A stretch of DNA of 64,000 nt from Vezdaea acicularis (taxonomy: Eukaryota), in NCBI GenBank assembly GCA_026025075.1, contig JAPEUI010000058.1:1-64000 (forward strand), in the 5' to 3' direction. The notes beneath the pieces are model-generated. The model worked only from the letters and a program-made list of their open reading frames with translations. It ran no database searches and was not told the origin of the DNA. A program made the position numbers and the translations under genes. Shown here piece after piece: positions 12,760-24,289 of this stretch. Position 1 is the first letter of the stretch. Every line of letters begins with the position of its first letter.

Positions 12760-15700
12760 CTACCGGTCTGGATAAGCTTTAAGGAACTCAGCAATAGCAC
12801 CATGGCCATTCTTAGCTGCCATCTCCGCAGCGCTCGTACATCGTATGTACTCCAATTCATCAGTGTCTGCACAAGCGTTGAGCAACAGTTGTATCATGTC
12901 TAAGCGGCCATGTTCCGCAGCACCGTCTAGAGCCGTTCTGCCATCACGAACTGCTGGTTCAGCATCGACATCCGCACCTGCTTTGAGGAGCATAAGGGCT
13001 ACTCTAATATGTCCGTTTATCGCAGCTCCTTGAAGCGCCGTCAATCCTCTTGAGTAGCCCGCTGCAGCGTTGACATCTCCACCCTCTCTTAGTAGAATCT
13101 GGACCAGCTCAATATTGCCATCTTCCGCTGCTGCTTGCAACGCAGTTCTTCCCCATTCGTCTGGAGCTGGAGCGTTGACATCTGCGCCTGCCTTTAATAT
13201 GATCTGGACCAGTTCAACATTGCCAACTCTCGCTGCTGCTTGCAATGCAGTTCTTCCGTATTCATATGCGGCTGGGGCGTTGACATCTGCGCCTTCTTCA
13301 ATAAAAATCCGAACCAGCTCAATATTGTCAATTGCCGCTGCTGCTTGCAATGCAGTTCTTCCGTATTCATATGCGGCTGGGGCGTTGACATCTGCGCCTT
13401 CTTCAATAAAAATCCGAACCAACTCAATATTGCCAATTGCCGCTGCTGCTTGCAACGCAGTTCTTCCGTCATATTCTGCAGCTGGAGCGTTCACATCTGC
13501 GCCTTCTTCAATCAAAATCTGAACCAGCTCAATATTGTCAATTGCCGCTGCTGCTTGCAACGCAGTTCTTCCGTTATATTCTGCAGCTGGAGCGTTCACA
13601 TCTGCGCCTTTTTCAATCAAAATCCGAACCAGCTCAATATTGCCATATTCCGTTGCTGCTTGCAACTCAATTGTTTCGTCGTCTCCTACGGCTGCTTGCA
13701 ACGCAGTTGTTCCGTTGTGTCCTGCGGCTGGAGCGTTGACGTCTGCGCCTTCTTCAATTAGAATCTGAACCAGCTCAATATTGCCCTCCTTCGCTGCTGC
13801 TTGCAACGCAGTTCTTCCGCAACATCTTGTGGCTGGAGCGTTCACATCTGCGCCTTCTTCAATAAAAATCCGAACCAGCTCAATATTACCAATTGCCGCT
13901 GCTGCTTGCAACGCAGTTGTTTCGTCGTATTCTGCGGCTGGAGCGTTGACGTCTGCGCCTTCTTCAATCAAAATCCGAACCAGCTCAATATTGCCATATT
14001 CCGTTGCTGCTTGCAACGCAGTTGTTCCGTCGTATTCTGCGGCTGGAGCGTTGACGTCTGCACCTTCTTCAATTAGAATCTGAACCAGCTCAATATTGCC
14101 ATATCCCGTTGCCGCTTGCAACGCAGTTCTTCCGCCTTGATCTGCGGCTGAAGCGTTGACGTCTGCGCCTTCTTCAATCAAAATCTGAACCAGCTCAATA
14201 TTGCCAACTTCCGCTGCTGCTTGCAACGCAGTTCTTCCATCTCTACCTGTGGCTGAAGCGTTGACATCTGCACCTTCTTCAATTAGAATCTGGACCAGCT
14301 CAATATTATTTTTTGACGCCGCGATTTGGAGAGCTCCTCTTCCATGTATGCTAGAGGGAGCGTTAACATCAGCACACCTTTCCAACAAAGTATTCACCAA
14401 GTCAATATCTCCACCATCAACTGCTGTCTCCAACGCAGTGCGACCCCATTTGCTTGTAGGTCGAGCGTTAATATCTGCACCTGCTTCTAATAGGAGAAGG
14501 ATCATCCTAATATTTCTGTTTGTCACAGCTGCTTCCAGCGCCGATAACCTGAAAGATTCTGAAGTTGGAGCATTCGTGTCTGCATCTTGTTTCAACAGCA
14601 TCTGGACCATTTCAATGTTGTTACTTAGTGCTGCCGCTTGGAGTGCAGTTCTCCCAAGATCACTAGCGGCTGGAGCGTTGACGTTCGCACCTGCCTCCAA
14701 GAAAATTCGAACCAGCTCAATATTGTTCTTTGATGCAGCTAATTGGAGAGGCGTAAACCCGTCGAATCGCAAAGGCGGGTTTAGTTCAACCCCAGCAGTG
14801 ATTAAGGCTTGTGCAATGTGTACATCCCCAATTCTTACCGAGCTTTGGAGAACTTCGGCCGCAAATGCATCGATTGTCGGCATCTTGATTGAGAAGAGAG
14901 ATATAAATGTCGAGCGTTGCTGCTTATCGATTACAAATTGAAGGAAGCCATCCATTTGGTTGTCTGACAACATGTTATTTGTTGAAAGGTAAACTGCAAA
15001 TTTAAGTAGCTGCAAGAAGATGTCTCTATTGAATGGCCCAAGAAGTCTTTGGAAACCCATCAATAGTTCTCCGTCACATCGTTCCAATGAAACGGATTGC
15101 ATGCGAGAATAAAGGTCCGATACATATCTGACACTATCCGGTGTGACCTTGACAGGAATGCTGCTCGCAAAAAGAGAGCATACTTTCTTTGTAGACACGT
15201 CGGTGATCTGGTGCATCAAGTTTAGCTGATCTGGAAAATCGAAGAATTCGCACCTAGCTTCAAGGCAATGTTTCTGATGCTCGTCGGCAAGCTCAAAAGG
15301 TCGTTGGCCAGGCCAGGAGTTTGGTTCGATGCTGTCACCAAAAGCAGATATTTTGCCGTAGCTAGCTATCCCAAATGTCAGTATACAGAATGTTCTGCAA
15401 AAACCTTGTCAAAATGAAGCTCAATGATACCTTGAGACTCAACAAACTCCTGAAATTGAAACCAGGGAAATATTCCCGGCCTGCTAGCATGAGGACCGGA
15501 TCCCAATGGCGTGCAGACAGAGATCCCCTCTGGAGTTTGCGGACTTGGAGCTGCAAGAGCCGTGAGCGCAATGAACACACTCATCAAAGAATGAGTACAA
15601 TGCTACCTGATTCATATAGTTGCATGAAAGTTGGAGGGACGTTTCGTGATACTTCTTTTTTGAGCTTTTCCTCTGGTACAAGAACCTTGTCTACATATAC

Positions 15701-16011
15701 CACGCTCTTCTTGCCCTGCGCTTTGCGCTTTTGGTCCCGGTGATGAATGAATTTCCATTCCTTGTTTTTCAGGTTCCTACGAAACCCTGCGGGCCTCCAT
15801 TTCTTGAACTGAAGTTCGTACTGGGCTTTGCTAATAAGATTGTCAGCTATCTCAATTCTCTTAACAGCTTGTAAGGGAGTGAAGAATCTAGTTACCTCGC
15901 GTGGAAGTCGTGCTTCTCCTTCATGTAGGGAATGATCTCTTTGAGGGGCATCTTCTTCTTCAACCGGAGGTTCTCGAGTACCTTCCGGTACGGCTCCCAG
16001 TTGAGCGACAT
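12760..16011 (-). CDS. Clr5-domain plus about 18 ankyrin repeat protein
   Basis: Exons 16011-15896, 15830-15607, 15550-15431 and 15365-12760 join in frame. N-terminus WEPYRKVLENL..MKEKHDFHASKAQYELQFKKW matches the Clr5 domain pattern; 35-aa GADVNA..GRTALQAAA..GNIELV repeats follow. Confidence 0.88.
13085..14275 (-). repeat. About 11 near-identical 105 bp ankyrin-coding repeats
   Basis: Repeated gctgctgcttgcaacgcagtt...gcgttgacatctgcgccttcttc at a 105 bp period; one unit carries a 36 bp internal duplication. Confidence 0.92.
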
Positions 16012-16180
16012 ATTTTCGGTCTTGATTGTGCCTTCCGGTCTGCTGGAAGAACTTTCTTCCAAAGTGCTGAACTTGTCTACCAATATGAGCACTGAGGGTG
16101 TTGCCAGAAAAGCGCCCTTTAGGCGCCCTTTTAATGGCAGTCGGGCTATACGAGGCTAGATAGGCTTGTGGGACGATTGG

Positions 16181-16790
16181 TCAAGCCTGCAGGTGCATGG
16201 ACTGAACACGCTCGGCGACCTCCCCTACATCAGATTCGAACGTCTCCCGCAACCTATTGCAGCCATCAACCCTGCTAAAGTTGGTCATGCCGGCCTTGAA
16301 CTTTGCACATGAGCCCCTCAAACCTTGCAGTCCGTTTGTGATCTTCGGCACTCTTGTTGAAAGCATTTTGCCGCAAACTATGGTGGATCAAGCTGCGTCG
16401 CGAGTAATGTGATCGCCGCCAGACGAGGCTCTCACAAGGCAAGGCATAGCCGTTGTCAGCCAAGCCTCGACCTCATTGGCGCTTCCCAAAATCTGCTGTC
16501 TTAGCTCCCGCATGTAGGTGGTAGCCGATGATTGGCTGCATCCAAAATCTGCCCGCGCCTGCATGAAGATCCTGGATCGGCACATGCAGTAGTGTATGGA
16601 TCATACAGTAACTTATTTACAGCCTCCAGATTCTGGTATGATCCAGTTGCAACACTCGGAGGCGCAGGGGTTGCCACCGATGCCCGAGCTAACGATCCTA
16701 AAGTTCTATACCTCCGTAACTCCTCATTGGTAACGTCCAAAATCCGCTCGCGAGAGCAAGTCGAGAATGCCCGGCCTCGTGGAGGTAGCA
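16181..16790 (-). pseudogene. Possible degraded coding fragments
   Basis: Short protein-like stretches in different frames (ERILDVTNEELRRY, MRELRQQILGSANEVEAWL, RLRETFESDVGEVAERV); no family recognised. Confidence 0.2.
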
Positions 16791-17047
16791 CCTTTATTGG
16801 TGGACACCGGAATCTGTTTTCTCCCTGAATGTGCTACACCTTTGGCTATGCAAAAGTGCTTGCGTCTCGGCCTGCTTAAAGTAGCTCCGAGAAGCACTAT
16901 CAGCATTCGCTCTCCTCATATAATGTTCACTCTTCCCGCGGTTCCCAGACCGTCACAGCTGCGTTGCTTACTACGCAGAGCTTCTCTTTGATTCACACGC
17001 ATGAAAGAAAATTTTGAGAAGCACGTTCGTACACCCTAAATATCAGC

Positions 17048-17340
17048 ATGCGTTTGTCTCCTGAGGCTATCATTGCCGTCGTTGGTGTGTTTGTGACTCT
17101 TCCTCCGGCAATTCTCGTCTTCTGGAATCTAAAGCGAAAGTATCGCAAACGTCAAATCATTGCTGGTCAGTGGATCTCCTAGAGTACAATCGGTACCATT
17201 GCGTCTTATATATACCGTGTCTCACAAGCTTAGATGACAGTCATATGTATCCGCCGTCGAGCACCATCGGATGGAGCCGCAAGACAGTTTTCGTCGCAGC
17301 AATCTCAGAGTGCCAGACAAGAAGGGACCAGCAGACTTGA
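17048..17340 (+). CDS. Small (74 aa) single-pass membrane protein
   Basis: Exon 17048-17165 encodes MRLSPEAIIAVVGVFVTLPPAILVFWNLKRKYRKR, a TM helix followed by a basic patch. Intron 17166-17233 (GTCAGT..CTCAC..TAG); exon 17234-17340 ends in TGA. Confidence 0.65.
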
Positions 17341-17604
17341 CCTATGTGTACCTAATAAGAGAGAATTGAGGTTGCCTTCTGCCACATTTATCGCTTGCCG
17401 CTGTAAGGTGTAGGCGTCCGAGCAGGGAGCAGACGAAGCCGTATCTGGCTTACAAGAAGCGTCACTGAGAGGAGTTACCAGAACTATCAAGAAGGACTGA
17501 TAGAATTCAATGAATATGTCTGTATGGATTGACTGCTAGGGGAGCAATACCTCAGCGTTTCCCTGCATCTTTATCAACGGTGTATCACGTGACTTGAGCT
17601 TAGA

Positions 17605-17869
17605 GCAGAAGTATTGCTGGTGCATCAAACGGGGGTTCCCCCATTATTGAAAGCTTCATCTTCGAAAGCACAAAATGGTCCTGCCAGGCCGCAGATTTAA
17701 CCCGGAGTATGATGATCCAACAAGAGTAAAGGAGTAGTGCTATCAAGCTAATACTCAGAACAATCATCAGTGATTGCCAACGATCTCGGAAGTGCTGAAG
17801 TAACGCATGCCGATGGGTCAACATGCCCACTATTCGCTTATGCGCCATCGGTTTTGTCCACCCCTTCGC
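17605..17869. repeat. Degenerate dispersed repeat, copy B, followed by an inverted copy of the left end of copy A
   Basis: Shared blocks with copy A include ctgccagg, aacccggag, tccaacaagagtaaag and acgatctcggaa. Confidence 0.8.
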
Positions 17870-18301
17870 AGGGGTCGTACAGTCTCCATACGTGAAGTGG
17901 ATTGGGGGGTGCTGGTATGATACAGCCGAGTCCCGAGCACAGCCTTAAGACCAGCCACTTTTGAGCGAAGCGCAGTAAACCAACCACCTTCAACTGACAC
18001 GATGCGATTTACTGTAGAGGTCAGCGCACGACTGACTCGTTAGAATGCTTTGATATAAGACAAAGGTAGTCGGAAAGGTTCTTTGCCACTGCACAACCTT
18101 CAATAACATACGAGGTAGAACCTTCAGCTCATTGGAGCCCCCATGGGTTCTTATCCAGTCTTCTTGTAGCTGCGCACAAGATGATACTCGAAACAAATAT
18201 TGGTTGTTAACGAAGCCTGCTTCAGTGAATGGTCCAAAACTAGAGCTTAAAACTCACAAAGTCCCCCCTATCCCTTATCTGAAAAAGACATCCTTCTCGG
18301 T

Positions 18302-19654
18302 ATGCCATTCGTTCACAATACCCCAGAATCCCTTCTACCACGTTCAGATTCACGAAACCCGGCTACAACATGTCGCGGTATCACGTCGAGCGGGCGGCCA
18401 TGTCGAAGACCCTTGGCAGCATCCCCTCAAGCGTCAGCGTTGCTACTCTACTGCTGGCAGCACAAACAGCAAGCGGAGGTGATGATCACCGGGTCAAATG
18501 GCTTAGCTGTTGTGAATGAGCGAACGAGCACTGATACCTTGGTTGATCGGCTAGGTTTCACAGTTGCTGAGAACAATAGCACTAGAAATGGTGGCCGCAA
18601 GAAGAAACCCGCAAAGACTTTGGCACAACCGGCACAGGAAGTCATGCCTCCAAAGGGCAAGAAGCAGCCATTCTTCACTTTCTGTTGCTTCATGCCTTCA
18701 GATTCCTCTTCTGACACCGAAGAGGACGTCATTCAACCACCTCCCAGGCCGAGGCGGAAGCCTGTGGTTGTCTCAGCTTCAACTTCGCTACCACTCAGGC
18801 CTCCACCTGACGCTTACTTACGATTAACAAGGAATTCCTGGGTTCTTGAAGCAGATCCAAGCCCCAAATCTGTTTCTGGATCCGCTACAAATGCCCCTCG
18901 TAAAGCCCTCAAGAACCCCACAAACCGCCCCTCTCTGCGCCCTGACCCGCCCTCAGAAACTGCAGGACTTCTATCACTAATCCCCAAATCTCTCGATCCA
19001 CTCACAACCTCGCTCCTTCTGACTGAGCTTGCAAAGCCAACTTCAGACACTGACGAAGAGGGTTATATCTATATCTTCTGGCTGACAGACCAGCCTGAAA
19101 GCGCAGCAACAACTTGCGCCGCCTCCACACTTCTCTCACCTCCGTCAACGCCTGACGCGAAAGGGCGGGATGGGCGCAGAGTCAGTGATGCTCTAAAGGA
19201 TTTTTCACTTCAAGGCGCGAAAGGAGACGTCTCTAAGAGCACGAAAAGAACGATACTTCTTAAGATCGGACGTGCTTCCAACGTCCAACGAAGGATGAAT
19301 GAATGGAGCAGGCAATGCGGCTACAACCTTTCTTTGATTCGGTACTATCCATACGTGCCTACTTCCTCTCCTGCTCCATCACCCCTCCCGTCTCCTTCCT
19401 CTAGACGCTCAAGGGCCACCTCTCCAGCCAACCCCCTGTTCTCAACTCCTCGCAAGGTGCCACACGCGCATCGTGTTGAGAGGTTGATACATATAGAGCT
19501 CAGTGGCAAGCGAATGCGACAGGACTGTATGAAGTGCGGGCGAGAGCATAGGGAGTGGTTCGAGGTTGAGGCGACTCGGGAGGGGGTCAAAGCAGTGGAC
19601 GAGGTGGTTAGGCGCTGGGTGGATTGGAGTGAAAAACGCACTACGGCCTCATAG
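18302..19654 (+). CDS. T5orf172 / Mug113 (DUF1766, GIY-YIG-like) domain protein
   Basis: GYIYIF, LLKIGRASNVQRRMNEW..QC, HRVERLIHIEL and CxxC..HREWF motifs; N-terminal CRGITSSGRPCRR..YCWQH. Confidence 0.88.
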   Translation: MPFVHNTPESLLPRSDSRNPATTCRGITSSGRPCRRPLAASPQASALLLYCWQHKQQAEVMITGSNGLAVVNERTSTDTLVDRLGFTVAENNSTRNGGRKKKPAKTLAQPAQEVMPPKGKKQPFFTFCCFMPSDSSSDTEEDVIQPPPRPRRKPVVVSASTSLPLRPPPDAYLRLTRNSWVLEADPSPKSVSGSATNAPRKALKNPTNRPSLRPDPPSETAGLLSLIPKSLDPLTTSLLLTELAKPTSDTDEEGYIYIFWLTDQPESAATTCAASTLLSPPSTPDAKGRDGRRVSDALKDFSLQGAKGDVSKSTKRTILLKIGRASNVQRRMNEWSRQCGYNLSLIRYYPYVPTSSPAPSPLPSPSSRRSRATSPANPLFSTPRKVPHAHRVERLIHIELSGKRMRQDCMKCGREHREWFEVEATREGVKAVDEVVRRWVDWSEKRTTAS

Positions 19655-20108
19655 TAATACATATAAACATTAAGGCGTGTTGCAGAATTATACATAACCC
19701 ATTAGTGATCTTCAAACCCTGTGATATATGTTAAATTCAAACCATTGGTGATGTTCAGCCCCTAAGATCAAGTGGATATTGACAGTTTGGTCGCAGAACT
19801 CGGTCGCGTACGTGCATGCGGAAACTTCCGCTTCTCCAGCCTCCAATCCTCAATAAGTTCTCGGAACAATGTCTGATTTTCATGCCAACACTCTGGAATC
19901 CCCACTTTCCTTTCCTTATCTTTCTGTGTTGTCAGGCCCCGAGCGCATCTTTCCCAACAAGGCGTCTTTGAACAGTTTTTCATCAACCCATTTCAAGCTC
20001 ACTACACTCATGATTTCACTCCAAGCCTCATCCACGTCCTCGGTTTCTCCCAATCCATAGTGGACAACAGAGCACCTTGCGCTTCAAAGCACGTGGAAGC
20101 ATAACGCT

Positions 20109-23100
20109 ATGGCTTCACTCCGTAATGGCCATGTCAACGGACATGTCGACGCCTTTGCAGCTGACTCTGCACGTTTCCGCAAGCGTTTTGCAGACGTTCC
20201 AAATGCAATTGACATATACATCAAGGGAGGTGATGCAGCAGACGAAGCTGTTGAACTAGACCTTGCCGAATTGCCGGAGGACGCTACAGAGCTCTGCGAC
20301 ATGATCGAGAGTGAAGGCGCTGGCAAACGAGTGTGGATGACTGTTGCGCTAGCCTATGCAAAGCAGAAGAATGCCAGCACGGCCATCGACATTCTCAAGA
20401 AGGGTCTGGAAGCTATGTCAAAGGACGCATCGAAAGAGAAGCTACCGCTTTTGAGCTGCCTATGCTGGTTATATTTATGGAAGAGTAGGGAGGCGCCACG
20501 AGTTGCCTCTGGTACGTTGGCTCCCTCCTACCGGCTGGTTTCTTTGCTGTCGTTCACTAAACTGACTGACTTTTTACAGAGGGAAAGTCCAGCTCCGAGG
20601 CGGAGACAAAAGACTTTTACCTCCAGGCTTCTACTGCTACGCTGAACGATGCATCACGAATCAATCCAGCTTTCCCTCCTCTCTTTCTCGCCCGAGGAGT
20701 GCTTTACCTTCTACGAGCCTCGCTAGTATCGCCAACAAAGACTACCATACCTGGGTCTCAAGATCAGTCCGACAGGATCGAAACACTGAAGCAGGCCATG
20801 AAATGCTTTGAAGAGGCACTCCGGGTGTCTGGCGGCAGAAACATGATGGCTTTGATGGGAAAATCGCGAGTTCTTTTCTCGCTGGGACGATTTGCGGACT
20901 CTCTTCAAGGCTACCAAGAAGTCCTCAGAAAGATGCCGAATCTTACCGACCCAGACCCCAGGATTGGTATTGGCTGCTGCTTCTGGCAACTTGGTTTTAA
21001 AGACGATGCCAAAGGTGCTTGGGAAAGAGCCTTGGTAGTCAACCCTTCCTCCCCGATCGCAAGCGTACTACTCGGCATCCACCTCCTCGCGTCCATGGCT
21101 CATATGACCCCATCTGATCCCGAGTTTAGGAACACATACACGAAGGCCATAACTCAATATATCCAGAAGTCGTACAAGATCAACCAGAATAACCCCTTGG
21201 CTTGTGCCGCTCTTGGAAACTTTCTCCTCGCCCGCAAGGGTATGGCCGAGGCAGACAAGCTAGCTAGGATGGCGATTGAACTCACTGATATCAATGCGAT
21301 TGCTAGCGATGGGTGGTATTTACTGGCGAAGAAAGAACATTATGGAGGGGATATCGACAAGGCCCGAGATTGCTACCGAAAAGCCGATGATGCACGAGGC
21401 GGGGAGCAGAGGGGCTATCTTCCAGCAAAATTCGGGCTGGCGCAGGTCGAAGTGTTGAAGAGCAATATTCCTACTGCCGAATATCTCCTTGAAAAAATGG
21501 CTAAGGGGAAGAACGTCGAGGCCATGGCTCTTCTCGGAACAATATATGCTGATGCTGTCTTCCAGTATCAAGCATCAGGCGTTAAAGATGAAAAAGCGGC
21601 AAGCTTGATTAACGACCAAGCGAAGAAGGCCATCACAAACCTAGAGGGAGTACGAATTGCTTGGAAAGACCCTAAGAAGAGCATACCAACTGATACGTCC
21701 GTGCTCCTAAACTTGGCGCGCCTCTACGAGGTTGATTATCCAGAGAAGAGTCTTGCATGCCTAAATCAGGTCGAGCAGCTCGAGCTCGTCCAGATCGAGA
21801 AGGATCATAGCCCAGGCGAAGCTATCGCACAGGAGTCCCTACGAATCGAAACGGAGGCTAAACTACTCAAAGCCGAGGTCGAAAGGATAAAGGCCGAGGC
21901 TAAATCGGCCGAAAACGATGAACAAAAGGCCGACGTCGAGGCTCAAAAGGTCCAGAACAACACCCTACTGGCTGAAAACGAGGTGCAACGAACAAAAAAT
22001 GAGACTCAGCGGATCGCGGTGTTGCGGGAGTATCTTCCTCCACAACTTCTCAACAACATGGGCTGCTTTCATTACCGAGCCGAGCGCTTCGATCAAGCTC
22101 GGGAGATGTTTCAAACCGCCCTTACCGCATGCGTCAAAGCTGGGGAGAATGATGAGGCTATCGATAGTGACGCTCTGGTGACCAGCATCAGCTTTAATCT
22201 AGCCCGGACCTATGAGGCCGCTGGGATGCCTGAGGAAGCCAAAAAAATTTATCAAGGCCTTCTACAGCGTCATGCTGGTTATACAGATGCCAGTGCCCGC
22301 TTGGCATATATCGCGTTGAAACAGGACCCGACTGACGAAGGGCCAAGGCTGGAAAAAGAGCTGTACAACTCCGACCCAGCGAACCTTGATGTACGAGCTC
22401 TGCATGGATGGTTCTTGCACCGTTCGAAGAGGCGCATGTTGAACCCGCAAGAGGATCCTGAGAACCGCCATTACAAGCATACGTTACAACAGCACGACAA
22501 GCACGATCGATACTCGCTAACAGGTATGGGGAATATCTTACTTGCACATGCAAGAGAGATGCGACGGGATACCGAGGCAGACAAGGACAAACGGCGGAAG
22601 CAGTATTCCCGCGCTGTAGAGTTCTTCATCAAGGGGCTACTATTAGATCCACAGAATGCTTATGCTGCGCAAGGGATAGCCATCGCTCTATCAGAAGACA
22701 AACGTGACTTTCCTGCTGCGCTGAAGATCTTCTCGCAGATCAGGGACACGCTCAGGGATGCGAGCGTGTCTATCAACTTGGGGCACACATATGCAGAGCT
22801 CAAGCGGTACCAGCATTCCATCGACAACGTAAGTTCCCTTCCTTTATATACAATCTTCAATCCTGCAAGAAAAGCTAAGGCAAACATAAACAGTACGAAA
22901 CGGCTCTCGCCAAAGATCGCACCAACGATCCCCAAATCCTCGCATGTCTCGGCCGCGTCTGGCTCCTCAAAGGCAAGACAGAGCGTAACGTGTTCGCAAT
23001 GCGAACTTCCCTTGACTACGCACGCCGCGCCCTTGAATCCTCCCCCGAACAGACGCATTTCCGCTTCAACGTAGCCTTTGTACAGATCCAAATCGCGCAG

Positions 23101-24102
23101 CTGATCCACACCCTCCCCGAAGGTCAGCGCGTCCTCAAGGACCTCGTCCAAGCCGCTACGGACCTCGACGAAGCGATCGAAGAATTAACGCGCATCGCGA
23201 ACGAGAAGAACCCACCGTATCCCAAACATGACATCGAGCAGCGCGCCAACATGGGCCGCAACACGATGCGGAAACAGCTCGAGCGCGCTGTGCAGGCACA
23301 GACCGAGTACGAGGAGAAGAACAAGGAAAAGCTCCGCCACGCGCTTGAAGTGAGGGAGCGCGAGATGCGCGAGCGCGAGGAAGAACGTCGCAAGGCGGAA
23401 CTTATCGCCACGGAGCAGGCACGCAAGCTCGCCCAAGAACGCGAGAAGATGCGCCGCAACGATCTGGAGAAGGCGCGGGAGTACGACGAGCAGGAAAGGC
23501 TGCGCGAGGACGAGGAATACATCAAAGATCCGCAGACGGGGGAGCGGCGGAAGAGACCGCAGCGGCGAGGGGGTGGGGGCGGGAAACGCAAGAAGAAGGA
23601 AGACTTGGAAGAGAGTGCGGACGAGGGCGGCGACGTGGACACGGAGGGCAAGCCGAAGCCGAAGAAGCGCAAGTTGCAACGGAAGAGTCAGGCGAGCGGT
23701 GGTAGTAAGTTCAAGAGCGCGGAGATTGTGGTGGATAGCGAGAGTGGAGAGGAAGAAGGGGGTGCGGGCCGGGCTGGCTCCTCGGGCGCGAGCAGTCTGC
23801 AGAGCAGAAGCCGTGCCTCGAGTCGGAGAACGACGAGTCGGGGCGGAAGTAGGGGCCGCAGCATGGAGATGGCCGTTGATGGCGAGGCGGGCGCGGCGGC
23901 AAGGAAAGCTGCTAGAAAGGGACGTCGGGTCGTGGAAGACGACGACGAGGAGGACGATGAAGAAGCTGGCGATGCCGTCCCTGGGAGACTCTCGCCTCTG
24001 GGTGCTGCGGCGGCGGCGGCGGCGGCGAATGGAACTCCCCCCGATGCGGATACCTCCATGGGCGACGCGTTTGAACCTCCTGGGCCGGCGGACGATGAAT
24101 AG
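20109..24102 (+). CDS. CTR9: PAF1 complex TPR subunit Ctr9
   Basis: Exons 20109-20511, 20580-22828 and 22894-24102. PDPRIGIGCCF, HDRYSL, NAYAAQGIAI and KFKSAEIVVDS motifs; acidic/basic tail. Confidence 0.93.
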
Positions 24103-24289
24103 GTCACCTTTTGCTATGCATGCATCTTTTTGATGGGAGGGCGCTTTAGATGCTCGGTCTGCGCTGCGCTGCTCTCTCTTTCACCTTTTCTGACTCGATA
24201 AGGGGGCGCATGGGAGACTTGAATTAAAAGCCTGTCACCCCTTGGCGGCGCCATCTGTATATATCATATACCGTGAGACTAGGGAAGTG

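Noticed and set aside
6430..14275. CRISPR-like appearance of the tandem arrays
   Set aside because: These are in-frame protein-coding repeats without unique spacers, in a eukaryotic genome.
19762..19774. CTAAGATCAAGTG match to U2 snRNA
   Set aside because: The flanks do not continue the U2 consensus (no TAGTATCTG or 5' stem); likely a chance match.
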